From NCBI GenBank assembly GCA_964519245.1, contig CAZFLK010000004.1, positions 12,111 to 76,110 of the forward strand: a DNA stretch of 64,000 nt, given 5' to 3'. Under the pieces are notes generated by a model. That model was not told the DNA's origin. It worked only from the letters and a program-made list of their open reading frames with translations, and did no database searches. The stretch comes from an uncultured Verrucomicrobiota bacterium. GTDB lineage: Bacteria > Verrucomicrobiota > Verrucomicrobiia > Limisphaerales > JAYPEY01. Both the position numbers and the translations under genes were made by a program. Positions 54,701 through 64,000 of this stretch are shown here, one piece after another (within the stretch, counting starts at the first letter, position 1; each line of letters begins with the position of its first letter).

Positions 54701-57700
54701 CTCAATGTCGCCGGCGGTGGGAAGGTTGCCGGCGTTTCGCAGATTCAAGGTCAGGCTGACCAACTCGCCCGGGTCAATGGCTCCATTGGCCGGAGCCTTG
54801 CTTTCCGAAACGATTTGGGCGCCGGCAGGCGCCATGAAGGATTGATCGTCGCGAATCGTGGTAACCAAGGTGACCGCATTGTTGGAGAGATCCGGATCGG
54901 TGGCTCCGCTGCCGTTTTGGAATTCCAATGCCGAGACGCCTGCGGTGTTGGCCACGGTTCCCGCCGCGTTCGGCGCGGTGACATCGAAACTCACGGTCTG
55001 GCTGCCGCCGTTGGTGATCTGACCCAGGTCGAAGCTGACAAAACCGGCGACATTCAGATCGCCGGGAATCGAAAGACTGCCCGGATCAAGCGTGACTTCG
55101 GCCGGCAATTGATCCACCAGCGAGACGCCGTTCAATGTGGCGGGACCCGCATTGGTGACAATGATGGTGTAAGTGTATTTCTGCCCCTTGTAGATGGGAT
55201 CCGCGGTCGCCATCTTCAACACGGCGAGGTCGGCGCTGGTGTCATCGTCAGCGATGATGACCGGGATGGCCGTGTTGCCAACGAAGGTGGTTGAAGCGTC
55301 CGGACTTTCCACAATCAGCGACAACTCCTCGTCGCCTTCGATCAGCGTGTCGGGCAGGATATCGAGGACGACCGTCTTGTTGGTCTCCCCGGGGTTGAAG
55401 GTCAGGACGGCGCTGAGCTCCGTGTAGTCAAATCCGGCGGCAGCGGCGGTGGCAGGCGTTGTTCCGTCCTGCGTCCGCACCAGCGCGCTGACGGTCTCGT
55501 TCGTTCTGGTCAGGCGGCCTATATTCAGAGTGATGTTGGTCGCGCTCTCGCTGACCGTGTAGGTCGGGGCTCCAAAGCCGAGTTCGATGTCGTTGTCGAC
55601 AATGGTGAGACTGGACATGGCGAGCCCCAAGGCCAAGCCCGGCTGGAGCCGCGCCAGGTTTAGAATGGTTTGTCCGCTGAACATGGTAAAATTGCCACCG
55701 ACGATTAACTGTTCGTCCACTTGGAGGGTGAAATCAAATACAGGCCCGTCAAATCCCCAGCACGGCTCGAAATTGGTGTCGCGCGCGCCGTCAAAATTCA
55801 GTCGCTCGATCCGGTTGCGGTTGACGCCATTGAAGCTTCTGAAGTTGCCGCCAACAAGAATCTTTTGGTCGAGAACATTCGTGGCGGGCGTAATCGCCAA
55901 GGCAAGAACGGAGGTCTGGAATCCGTTCAATGTGTCGGCGCCGGAGCCAATGTTGAAGGTATTGTCCAAGGCCCCGTTGGGCAGGAGTCGGGCAACGCCA
56001 TTGTAAGCGGCATTGGCAATATTGTTGAAGCTGCCGCCCAGAACGATGCGCCCGTCCAGCATGTCATCCAGCGCGAACGCGGAACCGCCCCGGATTCCCT
56101 GGAACGGACCGCCTATGACGCCCCCTGACTGGAAGTTGGTGTCCAAATTCCCGTTCTGAAGCAGGCGAGCATAGCCCACCACATTGTTGGTGCCGCCATA
56201 GGAGGTAAATCCGCCGGCGATCACGGCTCCGAAGTCCAAGGCGCCACTGTTCTCCAACACTCGCGTGTGGGGGAGCACGGCAAAGACCGGGCCATTCGCC
56301 CCGGTCTGCGTGTTCAGACCGCCATTCAGGGTGCCGTTCGCATTCAAGAGCGCCACGCGTTGAGCATCGGTCCCGTCAAATTGCGTGAAATCACCGCCGA
56401 TGAGGAGACGCCCGTCCACGGTGCGATGCTCAATACTGCGGATCGTGCCATTGGCGCCGGTTCCCGCCATGTAGTTCGTGTCAATCGTGCCGCTGGGCAA
56501 CAAACGGACTATGCGATTATGGGTGTTGGTGTTGAAGCTGGTGAAGGAACCGGCCAGCACGATGTTCTGATCGGGCTGCACATAAATATCGAGAATTTGT
56601 CCGTTGGCCCCGAATCCCGGATTGAAGGTCAAATCCAATTCCCCGTTGGCAAGCACACGGACAATTCCACGCACCGGAGTTGAACCGTTGCTGTCAACCC
56701 AGGTATTGAACGCGCCCGCGACCAGAATTCGACCATCCTGCTGAACTTCGGATGCAAGCACCGGTCCATTGGGCCCGCGGAACCCGCCGCCCAAGGGATC
56801 GAAGCCGACGTTGAAATTGGTGTTCAGTTCACCAAACGGAGCAAATCCGGAAAGCAAGGCTCCTTGCGCGCCCAACAGGGTCAGATTCACCGTTTCGTCG
56901 CCCTCCACCAAGGCCGGAACTTCATCGACGATGGGCACATTGACGAACTGTTCCGTTTCGCCGTCCGCAAAGGTAACCGGCTGTTCCACATGTGTGAAGT
57001 CGAGGCCGGCTGTCGCCGTGCCGTTCGTGGTCGCAAAGTTGGCGCTGGCAACGCCGTTGGCGCCATGCACACGCTCGATCCGGATCCTGGCCTCCCCCGC
57101 GTTCTCGTTGGTGGCATACGAAACACTGTCGAACCGGATGAAGCCCGGGCTGAACTCGTTGTCCACAATCCGCAATTCCGCATTGCGCTGACTCAGGATG
57201 GCGTTCCCGACCAGGTTGGAGAGCGTCAGATTGACGGTCTCAGTCCGTTCGATTTTTGTGTCGTCGAACAAACCAACCTGGAAGGTTGCCGTCCGCTGAC
57301 CGTTCGAGAAGCTGAGCGTCCCATTGGTCGCGATGTAGTCGACAATCACATTCGCGGTTCCGTCGCTGACCGCGAAGTCAACAGTCAACGGCTCAATGGC
57401 GCCGCCGGCACGCACCACCGAGATCGTCGCGTTGGTCTCATTTTCAGTCACCGCGAAGAAGGCGGACTCAAATCCGACCACGCCATCGTTGTCGAGAATC
57501 GTAAGAACCGAGGCGCTTGGTTCAATCAGGAGGTTCGGATCCGCGGCAAAAACGCCCATGCCGTTCTCTTGCTGGGAATTGGATAGCGAGAGGTTGACCG
57601 TCTTGTCGCCAAACGGGTTGCTGTTGTCGATCACCGGAATGACAATGTTCTTGAGGGTCTCGCCCTCTTCGAACACCAGTGTTCCCGAGACACCGGTATA

Positions 57701-60700
57701 ATTCACCGACTCCAGGGCGGAGCCGTTCGAGGTGGCATAGTCCACGGAAATTCTGCCCGTCAGGCCCCGGGTCCGAATGATGGCGACTTCCGCGAAAACG
57801 GCGTTCTCAGCGACGGTATAGGCGGCCGACGCAAAATTGAGATTGCCCGGGCCGATGTTCTCCCCCCCGTGCAGTCTCGCGATCCGATTGTGAGCAATGC
57901 CATCCACGGTTGAAAAGCCACCGCCAATGACCACCGTGCCGTCGCCCTGAATCAGCGATGTGGTGACAATGCCGTCGACTCCGCGGCCGATGTTGAAGGT
58001 CGAGTCCAGGGAGCCATCCTGATTCAACCGGACAATCCGATTCAAGTTGGTGACCGAACCAACGGAATTGAATCCGCCGCCGATGAAGATGCGTTCCGTG
58101 TCGTCGCGGGAGGCGTCGACGGCAACCGTATGAACCAGACCATTGGGTCCACCGGCGGTGTCAAAGTTTGCCGCGAGGGAACCGTCCGAGTTCAGGAGCG
58201 CCACGCCGGCCATCCGGGTTTCCCCGTTGACTGCAGTGAATTCACCGCCCAGCACGACCGAGCCGTCGTCGCCGAGAAAGTCGATCGAGTAAACAGAGCC
58301 GTTCGCGCCGGTTCCGGGATTGAAGGTCTTGTCGACCGAGCCGTCGGTCCGCAAACGGACAATTGAACCCGCCGCCACCCCATCAAACTCCGTGAAATCG
58401 CCGCCCACCACGACAAAGCCGGCGGCATCCACCGCCAAGGTCCGGACGATGTTGTTGGCTCCATAGCCCGGGTTGAAGGAGAGATCCAACGAACCGTCAT
58501 CATTCAGGCGGGCAATGTGATTCCGCTCCACCCCGTCGACCAGGGTGAAATCGCCGCCGATCACGATTCGACCGTCATTCTGCGCCAGCACGGCGTGCAC
58601 AAAACCGTTGGGTCCGGTTCCGGTGTCAAAGGTGGGGTCGATGGATCCGTTCTCATTCAGTCGCGCGATGTTGAAACGGTTGGTTCCGCCAATCTGGTCG
58701 AATCGACCGCCGATGATCACCTTGCCGATATGCACGCCGTTCGTGACCAAACTGACAGAACGGACAGTGGCGTTCGTGCCGTCATAGGTGATGCCGCCCG
58801 CGTCGAAGAGCGTGTCCAAAGTCCCGTCCATGTTCAATCGCGCAACATTGGCGCGACTGATTCCGTTGAAGGACTGGAAGTCGCCGCCGATCGTCAGTTT
58901 GCCCGTCGGGGCAAACTCGGCGACAGAGTAGACGGTCGCATCCGCGCCGATGGTCTGAGCGAAGGAATCGTCTTGAGACCCAGCGGCGGCCTCATTGTCG
59001 ATCAGGACCAGCGTCGCCGATGTCTGCCCGATCGCAGCGCCGCCAGTGGCGGCCGACAGGGCAAGGTTGACGGTGAAGAATCCTTCGCGGGCCGGGTTGT
59101 GGGAGATCGGCACATCGAAGGTGAGTTCGTCTTGTTGATCGGCGAAGTTCAAGGTTCCCGAGACATCCGTGTAATCCTCACCCGGTGTCGCAGTGCCGGC
59201 CGAAGTGGCGAAATCGACGCTGACCGCACCAAACACGCCGTTGGTTCGCACGACGGTGATGGTGGCGACACCCGCGGTCTCGTTGACGTTGAAGCGCGCC
59301 TCGGAGAAGGCGAACACACCGTTCAGGTCGTCGTCATTCTCGGTGATGTTCACCTGCATGGTCGGATTGGCCCCCAACGAAGATCCGCGTGTCGGGTTCG
59401 ACAAGGTGAGAAACAGGGTTTCGTCGCCTTCAAACAGGCGAGGATTCTCATCGAAAATGGTCAGGGGGTGTTCCATCTGCGTCTCGCCCTCGAGGAACTC
59501 AAAGGTGATGGGAGCGAAGTCCTGGTAATCCAAGCCGGGCGTCGCCGTTCCCGGAACGATCGCAAGATCCACTTTCACGTCACGGGTTGTCCCACCGGTG
59601 CGGTTGATTTTCACCATGTGTGTCCCAACGCCCTCATCCAGGTCAAGTGCAACAAACTCGAAGGAGAAGGCTCCGTGGAGGAAACCGTCGTTGTTCAGGA
59701 TCTCAAGGTTCGCGGTGTTGCGACCGCCGAGAACAGCCCCGCCCCGCGGATTCGAAAGCAGCAGCACCACGTTCTCCGTTTTCTCTTCCGCTTCCATCTC
59801 GTTCCCATTGACCTCCACCACGAACGTCCGATTCGTGACGCCATCGGCAAAGGTGAGAACTCCGGAAGTGGCGGTATAATCCTTGTCCGGACCTGCGATC
59901 GCCAATCCATCACGGGTGGCGTAATCGACCGAAATCGTGCCTGTGACGCCATTGGTGCGCAGCACGGTGATCTCGATGCTCCCGCCATTCTCATCGATGG
60001 TGTACTTCGACGCGGAGAAATTGAGTTCTCCAGTCCTGAGATCATCATCGACAATGACCAGCGGGACGGACGCGCGGTCGGGATCGATGGTGGTGGCCCC
60101 CTGTTCGTTCATCAGAAGCAGGGTCAAGGCCTCTTCACCCTCGACCAACTGGTCGTCCAAGAGCGGCACGCCAAAGGATTTTCGAACCTCTCCCGCGGCA
60201 AACGAAAGCGTGTTGGTCACGGGCGTATAATCAACGCCGGAGGTCGCGGTTCCCTCCACAGTGATGAAGCCCACGCTGGCGGGGCCGGTCGCTCCCCCGA
60301 CACGTTCAACCGTGATGACCGCAACGCCTTCGCCCTCAGCCAGGCTGAACGAGTTGGCGGCAAAGCCAATCAGGCTGTCGTCTTCGGAAATCGTCACCGT
60401 CGCGGTCGCATCCGGACCGAGCAAGGCCGGATCAGGAGCCATCACACCCTGTCTGGGATCGGTCAGGCGCAGGAGAATCGTCTTGTCGAACGGATCTCCA
60501 ATCGTGTCGTCAATCAACGGGATAGAAAGCGTTTGCAGCGACTCACCATGGGGAAAGGTGATGGTCGTGGTGCCGAGCGCCGTAAAATCGGTTCCGTTGA
60601 CCGCGGTCCCTCCGTCGATGGTGACGCCCACATTGAGCTCGCCTTCAAGTCCGCGGGAACGAATCACAGTGATTTCCACGGAGGCCGCGTTCTCAGTCAC

Positions 60701-63700
60701 CACGATGTCGGTGTGTAGGAAGTCCAATTCCCCGAAGCGCTCCTGCGGGCCGTCATTGGCTCCGCCGATGATGCGGGCCACGTACGGACGGGCGACCCGG
60801 TTGAACTCCGTAAAACCGCCACCGATGACCAAGCGACCGTCTTTCTGAACCGAGACGCTGGCAATGAAGTTGTTGGCGCCGGTGCCAAAGTTGATATACG
60901 GATCGAGAGAGCCATCCGGATTCAAGCGAACGATGCGGTTTGCGGTGACTCCGTCGAAGGTCGTGAAATCGCCTACCGCCACAACCTTGCCGTCCTCCTG
61001 CAAGGCAAGATCCAGCGCGGTGTTGTCAACGCCCGCTCCCGGATCGAACGTCAGATCCACGGAGCCATCCGCGTTTAAGCGCGCGATTCCCGAACGGGGA
61101 ACCCCGTTCACATGCGAGAAAACACCGCCGATCACGATCTTCCCGTCGGTGGGCTGGATAGCCACCGCATGCACGGCTCCATTCGTCACCCCGGCATTCA
61201 AGGCAAGCCGAAACGCCTCATCAATGGAGCCGTCCGAAAGGTTGAGACGGGCAACACGATTGACCGTTCGGCCATCCAGGTTGACGAAGTCGCCAACCAC
61301 GACCACCTTGCCTGAGTGTGCGCCATTCGTATGGATTGCAACCCCGCGGATGCGTGCGTCGGCGCCGGTTCCCGGATTGAAGCTTTGCTCCAGAAAACCA
61401 TCGGGACGAATCAGGGCCACGCGATTGCGCCCCACACCGTTGTAGGTGGTAAACTCCCCGACGACCACCGCCGTGCCATTGGTGTTCAAGGCAATGTCCA
61501 GAACAGGGTTGTCTGTCCCGGCGCCAGGATTGAAGGTTGTGTCGACGCTCCCGTCTTTCATCACCCGGACAATTCCCGAACGATTGGTGGCGGAGTAGCG
61601 ATCGAAACCGCCGACAAAGATGATGCGTCCGTCGGGTTGCAGGGCCATGCCGTTCACCACCCCATTCGCCCCCTCGCCGGGATCGAATCCCGTGTCGACG
61701 GCGCCGGACAGATCCAACCGGGCGACCTTTGAAAGGAAGGTGCCATTGACCGAATCGAAGGCGCCGCCAAGAAGAATACGACGGTCGTCTTGAATCTCGG
61801 TCGCGAAGACGAAGTTATCCGGTCCCAACCCGCTATCGAAAAAGGTGTCGTCGGAACCCGCCGGGCGGTGAAGTGAGTCGGTGTCGACAATGGTGAGCGT
61901 GGCGGACAAGGGATCCCCCGGAGTTGCTTTGTCCAGGTTGTTCAACACCAGGGAGATGGTCTCCTCCGGCTCAACCAACACGTCCGAAGCGATATTGATC
62001 TCGATGCTCTGTTGGGTGATGCCGCCCGGGAAGGTGACGGTTGCCATGGCGATGCCTTGGTAGTCCGAGCCGACCGAAGCGGTGTCGTTGAAGGGGTCGC
62101 CAATGGAAATGGAGGCCGAGACTTCCTCGGCGGATCCGCCGACGCGCACGACCGTAATGACCGCCTTTCCGGCGTCCTCGTTCACAAAGAAATCCGTGGA
62201 AAGGAACTGCAACGAGCCGTAAAAATCGTCGTTCGCGATCTCAATCACGCCGCGTCCATCCACGCCGATTGACGCGCCCTGACTGACGCTGACAATCTCC
62301 AGATCGACCACAACATCGCCGTTGATGGCGGTGTCGTCGAGGATCGGAATATCGACTGTTTTCTCGGTTTCGCCATTGGCGAAGGTAATGGTTTCCAACA
62401 CGCCCACGTAGTCGACGCCGCTGAATGCCGTATTGTCGACGGTGCGGAATACGACGTCCACCGCGCCGCGTTCGCCGCTGGTGCGCTTCAACGTGACGGT
62501 GGCGACGCCGGAGGATTCGGTGACGCTGTAGGTGTTGGTGGAGAGCGAGATGGTGCCGGTGCCGAAATCGTCGTCGAGGATCGTCACCGTGGCAAAGGTG
62601 CGGGAGCCGAGCGTGGCGCCGCCGTTCGGATTATCCAGGATCATGTGGATCGTCTGGTCAAATTCGCGCTCCGTGTCACTGATGATGGGAATGCGGAAAA
62701 CCCGACTGGTCTGCCCCGGCCCAAATGAGAGGGTGTTTGTCACGCCCACATAATCCAGGCCCACATCCGCGCTTCCGCCCGGGATCGTGGAATACTGAAC
62801 CGAGACATTGCCGACGCCGCCATCGGTGCGATTGACCGTGATCACCGCCTCCCCGGCGGCCTCATCGATGAAATAGTTCGTCACCGAGAAATCGAAGACG
62901 CCGAAGGCGAAATCATTGTCAAACAGCGTCACCTTCGCGGAGCCCTGGCTGGCGACAGCCACGCCGATCGCGACATTGGTCGGGGTCAGAACCGACTGGA
63001 TGTTGAAGACGCTGTTGTCCGGCAGCAACAAGGAGGAGACCGGGTTCTCCAGCACGATATCGAAAGTCTCATCGCCCTCGACCAAGGGATCGTCGAGGAT
63101 GGGAACCGAGAACAGCTTGTTGGTGAGGTCGGAGGAGCCGAACATCTGCAACCCTTGGAAACCATGACGGGCCACCCAGGTACGGGTGTCGACAAGGCCC
63201 TGGTAGTCCGCGCCCGAAGTGGCCGTTTCATCGATCGTCCGCATCGTGATTGTGGCCGTGGCCAGGCGACCGTTGGTTCGGGTCACCTGCATCACAACAT
63301 TGGTGCCATTCTCGTCTTCGGAGTAGGATGTCCGGACAAAGCCAAGGTTGCCCGGTCCGCCATGCTCGCCAAAATGGTTTTCGGTGTTGCCGCCATGAAC
63401 GCGGGCGAAATTTCGCCGGGTGCGCAAGCCCCAGCGCGTGCCGCCGGTGCCGCCCAACTGTCTCGGACGCACAAACCCGGTTCCCGCGAACTGGTGATCC
63501 AGCGGGTCGTCCACTGCGTTCAATCCGTCGTCCGGCCAAGTGACGCCGAGCGGCGTTCCGATGAACTGCCGACCGCCGACCTCAATGCCATGGCCCAGCC
63601 GACCATGGGTTCCGCCGACCTCGGTGAACGAGCCGCCGATCACCACGTTGCCGTCCGGCTGGATGGCCAGGTCGTTGATGTGACTGCGAATGATGGGACT

Positions 63701-64000
63701 GTTGTTGGTCACACCGGCCTGCTGGTTGTAAGCCGTGTCCATGAAGCTGGTGTCCAGCGCGCCATCCTGGAAGATTCGGGCGAGGTTGGTCCTCGCGACC
63801 TGGTTGAAGCTATGGAAAATACCGCCGAGGATGAAACGCCCGTCGGGCTGCTGCTCCACGGAAAAAACCGTATCGTCAAAGCCGCGCCCCACCGAGAAGC
63901 TCTCATCGAGCGTTCCGTCCGAATTCAAGCGCGCAATGCCATTGCGGCTGCGGAAGTCGACAGTGTTGAAGGCTCCAACAATGACCGGCTTCTCAATGCC
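51701..64000 (-). CDS. giant (>4,099 aa, N-terminus outside window) surface protein: alternating delta-60-type beta-propeller blocks and Calx-beta blocks, then DUF11 domains with two orphan P-domain modules and a conserved C-terminal domain
   Basis: The frame stays open through 64000: [32 protein letters not shown] precedes the TTG the ORF track starts at. Delta-60-type repeats are numerous ('F..G.G.NG.V.A...Q.DG.I..GG.F....G..R..IARLN.DGSLD..F'), and there are at least 14 Calx-beta-like units. P-domains '[16 protein letters not shown]' and '[16 protein letters not shown]'. Confidence 0.9.
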   Translation of the reverse strand, partial: GIEKPVIVGAFNTVDFRSRNGIARLNSDGTLDESFSVGRGFDDTVFSVEQQPDGRFILGGIFHSFNQVARTNLARIFQDGALDTSFMDTAYNQQAGVTNNSPIIRSHINDLAIQPDGNVVIGGSFTEVGGTHGRLGHGIEVGGRQFIGTPLGVTWPDDGLNAVDDPLDHQFAGTGFVRPRQLGGTGGTRWGLRTRRNFARVHGGNTENHFGEHGGPGNLGFVRTSYSEDENGTNVVMQVTRTNGRLATATITMRTIDETATSGADYQGLVDTRTWVARHGFQGLQMFGSSDLTNKLFSVPILDDPLVEGDETFDIVLENPVSSLLLPDNSVFNIQSVLTPTNVAIGVAVASQGSAKVTLFDNDFAFGVFDFSVTNYFIDEAAGEAVITVNRTDGGVGNVSVQYSTIPGGSADVGLDYVGVTNTLSFGPGQTSRVFRIPIISDTEREFDQTIHMILDNPNGGATLGSRTFATVTILDDDFGTGTISLSTNTYSVTESSGVATVTLKRTSGERGAVDVVFRTVDNTAFSGVDYVGVLETITFANGETEKTVDIPILDDTAINGDVVVDLEIVSVSQGASIGVDGRGVIEIANDDFYGSLQFLSTDFFVNEDAGKAVITVVRVGGSAEEVSASISIGDPFNDTASVGSDYQGIAMATVTFPGGITQQSIEINIASDVLVEPEETISLVLNNLDKATPGDPLSATLTIVDTDSLHRPAGSDDTFFDSGLGPDNFVFATEIQDDRRILLGGAFDSVNGTFLSKVARLDLSGAVDTGFDPGEGANGVVNGMALQPDGRIIFVGGFDRYSATNRSGIVRVMKDGSVDTTFNPGAGTDNPVLDIALNTNGTAVVVGEFTTYNGVGRNRVALIRPDGFLEQSFNPGTGADARIRGVAIHTNGAHSGKVVVVGDFVNLDGRTVNRVARLNLSDGSIDEAFRLALNAGVTNGAVHAVAIQPTDGKIVIGGVFSHVNGVPRSGIARLNADGSVDLTFDPGAGVDNTALDLALQEDGKVVAVGDFTTFDGVTANRIVRLNPDGSLDPYINFGTGANNFIASVSVQKDGRLVIGGGFTEFNRVARPYVARIIGGANDGPQERFGELDFLHTDIVVTENAASVEITVIRSRGLEGELNVGVTIDGGTAVNGTDFTALGTTTITFPHGESLQTLSIPLIDDTIGDPFDKTILLRLTDPRQGVMAPDPALLGPDATATVTISEDDSLIGFAANSFSLAEGEGVAVITVERVGGATGPASVGFITVEGTATSGVDYTPVTNTLSFAAGEVRKSFGVPLLDDQLVEGEEALTLLLMNEQGATTIDPDRASVPLVIVDDDLRTGELNFSASKYTIDENGGSIEITVLRTNGVTGTISVDYATRDGLAIAGPDKDYTATSGVLTFADGVTNRTFVVEVNGNEMEAEEKTENVVLLLSNPRGGAVLGGRNTANLEILNNDGFLHGAFSFEFVALDLDEGVGTHMVKINRTGGTTRDVKVDLAIVPGTATPGLDYQDFAPITFEFLEGETQMEHPLTIFDENPRLFEGDETLFLTLSNPTRGSSLGANPTMQVNITENDDDLNGVFAFSEARFNVNETAGVATITVVRTNGVFGAVSVDFATSAGTATPGEDYTDVSGTLNFADQQDELTFDVPISHNPAREGFFTVNLALSAATGGAAIGQTSATLVLIDNEAAAGSQDDSFAQTIGADATVYSVAEFAPTGKLTIGGDFQSFNGISRANVARLNMDGTLDTLFDAGGITYDGTNATVRSVSLVTNGVHIGKVIIGGRFDQIGGTNRFNIARLNENGSIDPTFDTGTGPNGFVHAVLAQNDGRIVIGGDFTLVDGVERNHIARLNDDGSLDLSFNPGYGANNIVRTLAVDAAGFVVVGGDFTEFDGVAAGSIVRLRTDGSVDKTFNPGTGANGSVYSIDFLGDDGSVVLGGEFTAVNGETRMAGVALLNSDGSLAANFDTAGGPNGLVHTVAVDASRDDTERIFIGGGFNSVGSVTNLNRIVRLNQDGSLDSTFNIGRGVDGIVTTSLIQGDGTVVIGGGFSTVDGIAHNRIARLHGGENIGPGNLNFASAAYTVAENAVFAEVAIIRTRGLTGRISVDYATSNGSALESVNYTGVSGTLVFEEGETLKNIVIPVIDNSNPFGDKTVNLSLSNSQQENGMGVFAADPNLLIEPSASVLTILDNDGVVGFESAFFAVTENETNATISVVRAGGAIEPLTVDFAVSDGTANVIVDYIATNGTLSFSNGQRTATFQVGLFDDTKIERTETVNLTLSNLVGNAILSQRNAELRIVDNEFSPGFIRFDSVSYATNENAGEARIRIERVHGANGVASANFATTNGTATAGLDFTHVEQPVTFADGETEQFVNVPIVDEVPALVEGDETVNLTLLGAQGALLSGFAPFGELNTNFNVGFDPLGGGFRGPNGPVLASEVQQDGRILVAGAFNTWVDSNGSTPVRGIVRVLANGELDLTFNPGFGANGQILDIYVQPDQNIVLAGSFTSFNTNTHNRIVRLLPSGTIDTNYMAGTGANGTIRSIEHRTVDGRLLIGGDFTQFDGTDAQRVALLNANGTLNGGLNTQTGANGPVFAVLPHTRVLENSGALDFGAVIAGGFTSYGGTNNVVGYARLLQNGNLDTNFQSGGVIGGPFQGIRGGSAFALDDMLDGRIVLGGSFNNIANAAYNGVARLLPNGALDNTFNIGSGADTLNGFQTSVLALAITPATNVLDQKILVGGNFRSFNGVNRNRIERLNFDGARDTNFEPCWGFDGPVFDFTLQVDEQLIVGGNFTMFSGQTILNLARLQPGLALGLAMSSLTIVDNDIELGFGAPTYTVSESATNITLNIGRLTRTNETVSALVRTQDGTTPATAAAAGFDYTELSAVLTFNPGETNKTVVLDILPDTLIEGDEELSLIVESPDASTTFVGNTAIPVIIADDDTSADLAVLKMATADPIYKGQKYTYTIIVTNAGPATLNGVSLVDQLPAEVTLDPGSLSIPGDLNVAGFVSFDLGQITNGGSQTVSFDVTAPNAAGTVANTAGVSALEFQNGSGATDPDLSNNAVTLVTTIRDDQSFMAPAGAQIVSESKAPANGAIDPGELVSLTLNLRNAGNLPTAGDIEATLVPNANITPSGTTTQNYGAMAVGNAPVGRDFQFTANGAAGEVINVMLQISEGGNVRTDNTVVFPFVLGSAAAGTNSATIAIIEKGEALPYPASVDISGAVGYVNNVALTLSNFTHSFPDDVDILLVGPTGQGVIVMSDVGGGDDILNLTLTIDDQAALALPDGGPLTAGTYRPANYTTRDEAPDEFPSPAPSGTFGDRLSDFNGSDPNGTWSLFVVDDSRLDTGSIAGGWSLDISTVFAVDPPANLGLSVVPSTNAVTVGADLTYTLDVVNLGPETATNVILEDTLPANTTFVSASGGGVAAGGKVTWALGDIARDATASVTLTIRPNASGTLTNGATVSADQPDPAPRNNSVVTTVTVNGAADLALTGVGNIVTLDSDLRFVFTVTNNGPLAAPSVLFDGSLPAGLSSVAAQSSRGLATVVNSGRVTATLGTLASGGTATITITARASATGVFAAQGSVTSGLMDPDAANNTAVAATTTVSEAADVAVTLTNTPSRVIEGERLVYTIGVTNNGPSTAANVILTDVLEAGTFVAADSSPECVFAGGVVTCSLGALPVGTNVVVTIALDIPPVPGAQPDIDNVVTVATTTNDTDASNNAAMVTTAVLERSNNVGVNVSLLSESNVPANNAVDPQETVVVGIALDNLLNTPIADLNVTLQASGGIANPVAVDDASPYNPSGTGATASYGVLNKSDGAKTKNFEFLADGERGETIAATFELRDGVVELGVIVVRFRLNEDSVFASAMEINIPGDQSIAGNFGPAGPYPSEIVVPMGMLAGEIVKATVTVSDLSHSFPDDINMLLVGPTGANVMLMSDVGGGVGLTGVTLTFDDQATASLPDSHSPSISTGAYKPTNVTDSTEASGIDVFPADAPAGPYGTTLGVFTGTDPAGTWKLYIYDDQGHDHGAISGGWSLNLTTLVGINNQVTLSLPGAMDMADPGQPLQISVAGRVGVTYVLEASADLQSWTPVATNKTMNGVVTFQDTQAAGQDKRFYRTSEK

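Noticed and set aside
51878-60718. Long plus-strand ORFs inside the giant gene, for example 51878-53677 (599 aa) and 58517-60718 (733 aa).
   Set aside because: They are antisense shadow frames with Arg/Gly/His/Asp-rich low complexity. The minus strand carries an uninterrupted 12.3-kb frame with recognisable repeats.
46000-64000. Periodicity in the giant genes, considered as DNA tandem repeats or a satellite or possible misassembly.
   Set aside because: The repeats are divergent at the nucleotide level and correspond to protein domains (Calx-beta, delta-60, DUF11). I saw no long identical DNA units apart from the short 36-nt module match reported as a finding.
1-64000. Looked for CRISPR arrays, rRNA genes, IS elements/transposases, integrases, phage genes and canonical defence-system enzymes.
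   Set aside because: None recognised. There are no regularly spaced direct repeats, and no transposase, integrase, nuclease-helicase or ATPase cassettes among the translated ORFs.

Overview
GC-rich bacterial chromosomal window. Gene content points to a PVC-superphylum genome, probably Verrucomicrobiota-like: a DUF1549/DUF1553 protein, an H-X9-DG prepilin-like protein, futalosine-pathway menaquinone genes, and giant delta-60/Calx-beta proteins. That taxonomic call is inference only. All family assignments come from motif recognition by eye; no searches or structure predictions were run. I call 35 CDS (one low confidence), one tRNA-Leu(CAG), one histidine-kinase remnant, a palindromic repeat present twice, and a few promoter and terminator candidates. 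No CRISPR array, rRNA, transposase or integrase was seen. The region from 1 to 23.4 kb is mostly housekeeping. It holds a RelE/ParE-type TA pair, a NifS-like desulfurase divergent from a complete cysI-cysH-cysC-cysD-cysN sulfate-assimilation operon, Nif3, PssA, a DEDD-like exonuclease, a GNAT-like/cNMP-binding protein, an epimerase and an amidase. It also holds a ubiX / GT-C membrane protein / ubiA-like / mqnE / mqnA cluster. There are two accessory loci. (i) 23.4-37.1 kb, minus strand: five co-directional secreted proteins made of DUF11 / Cna-B (SdrD-B)-type beta-sandwich domains. They are organised around a 2,012-aa protein whose C-terminal ~770 aa look like a large outer-membrane beta-barrel. 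That gene is ATGA-coupled to a lipoprotein gene. The locus lies downstream of a NarL-type response regulator whose partner kinase is broken. I cannot assign this locus to any described secretion or pilus system, and it is my best candidate for an undescribed surface-fibre/adhesin assembly system. (ii) 45.7 to >64 kb, minus strand: a giant protein of more than 4,099 aa (alternating beta-propeller and Calx-beta blocks, DUF11 domains, orphan P-domains), followed 47 nt later by a 1,972-aa kexin-like S8 protease. The protease carries the same tail modules and the same C-terminal '...W-S/T-P-V...RFYR' domain. Between the two loci lie mqnC, a membrane protein, speA, a PpiD-like chaperone and a small lipoprotein.
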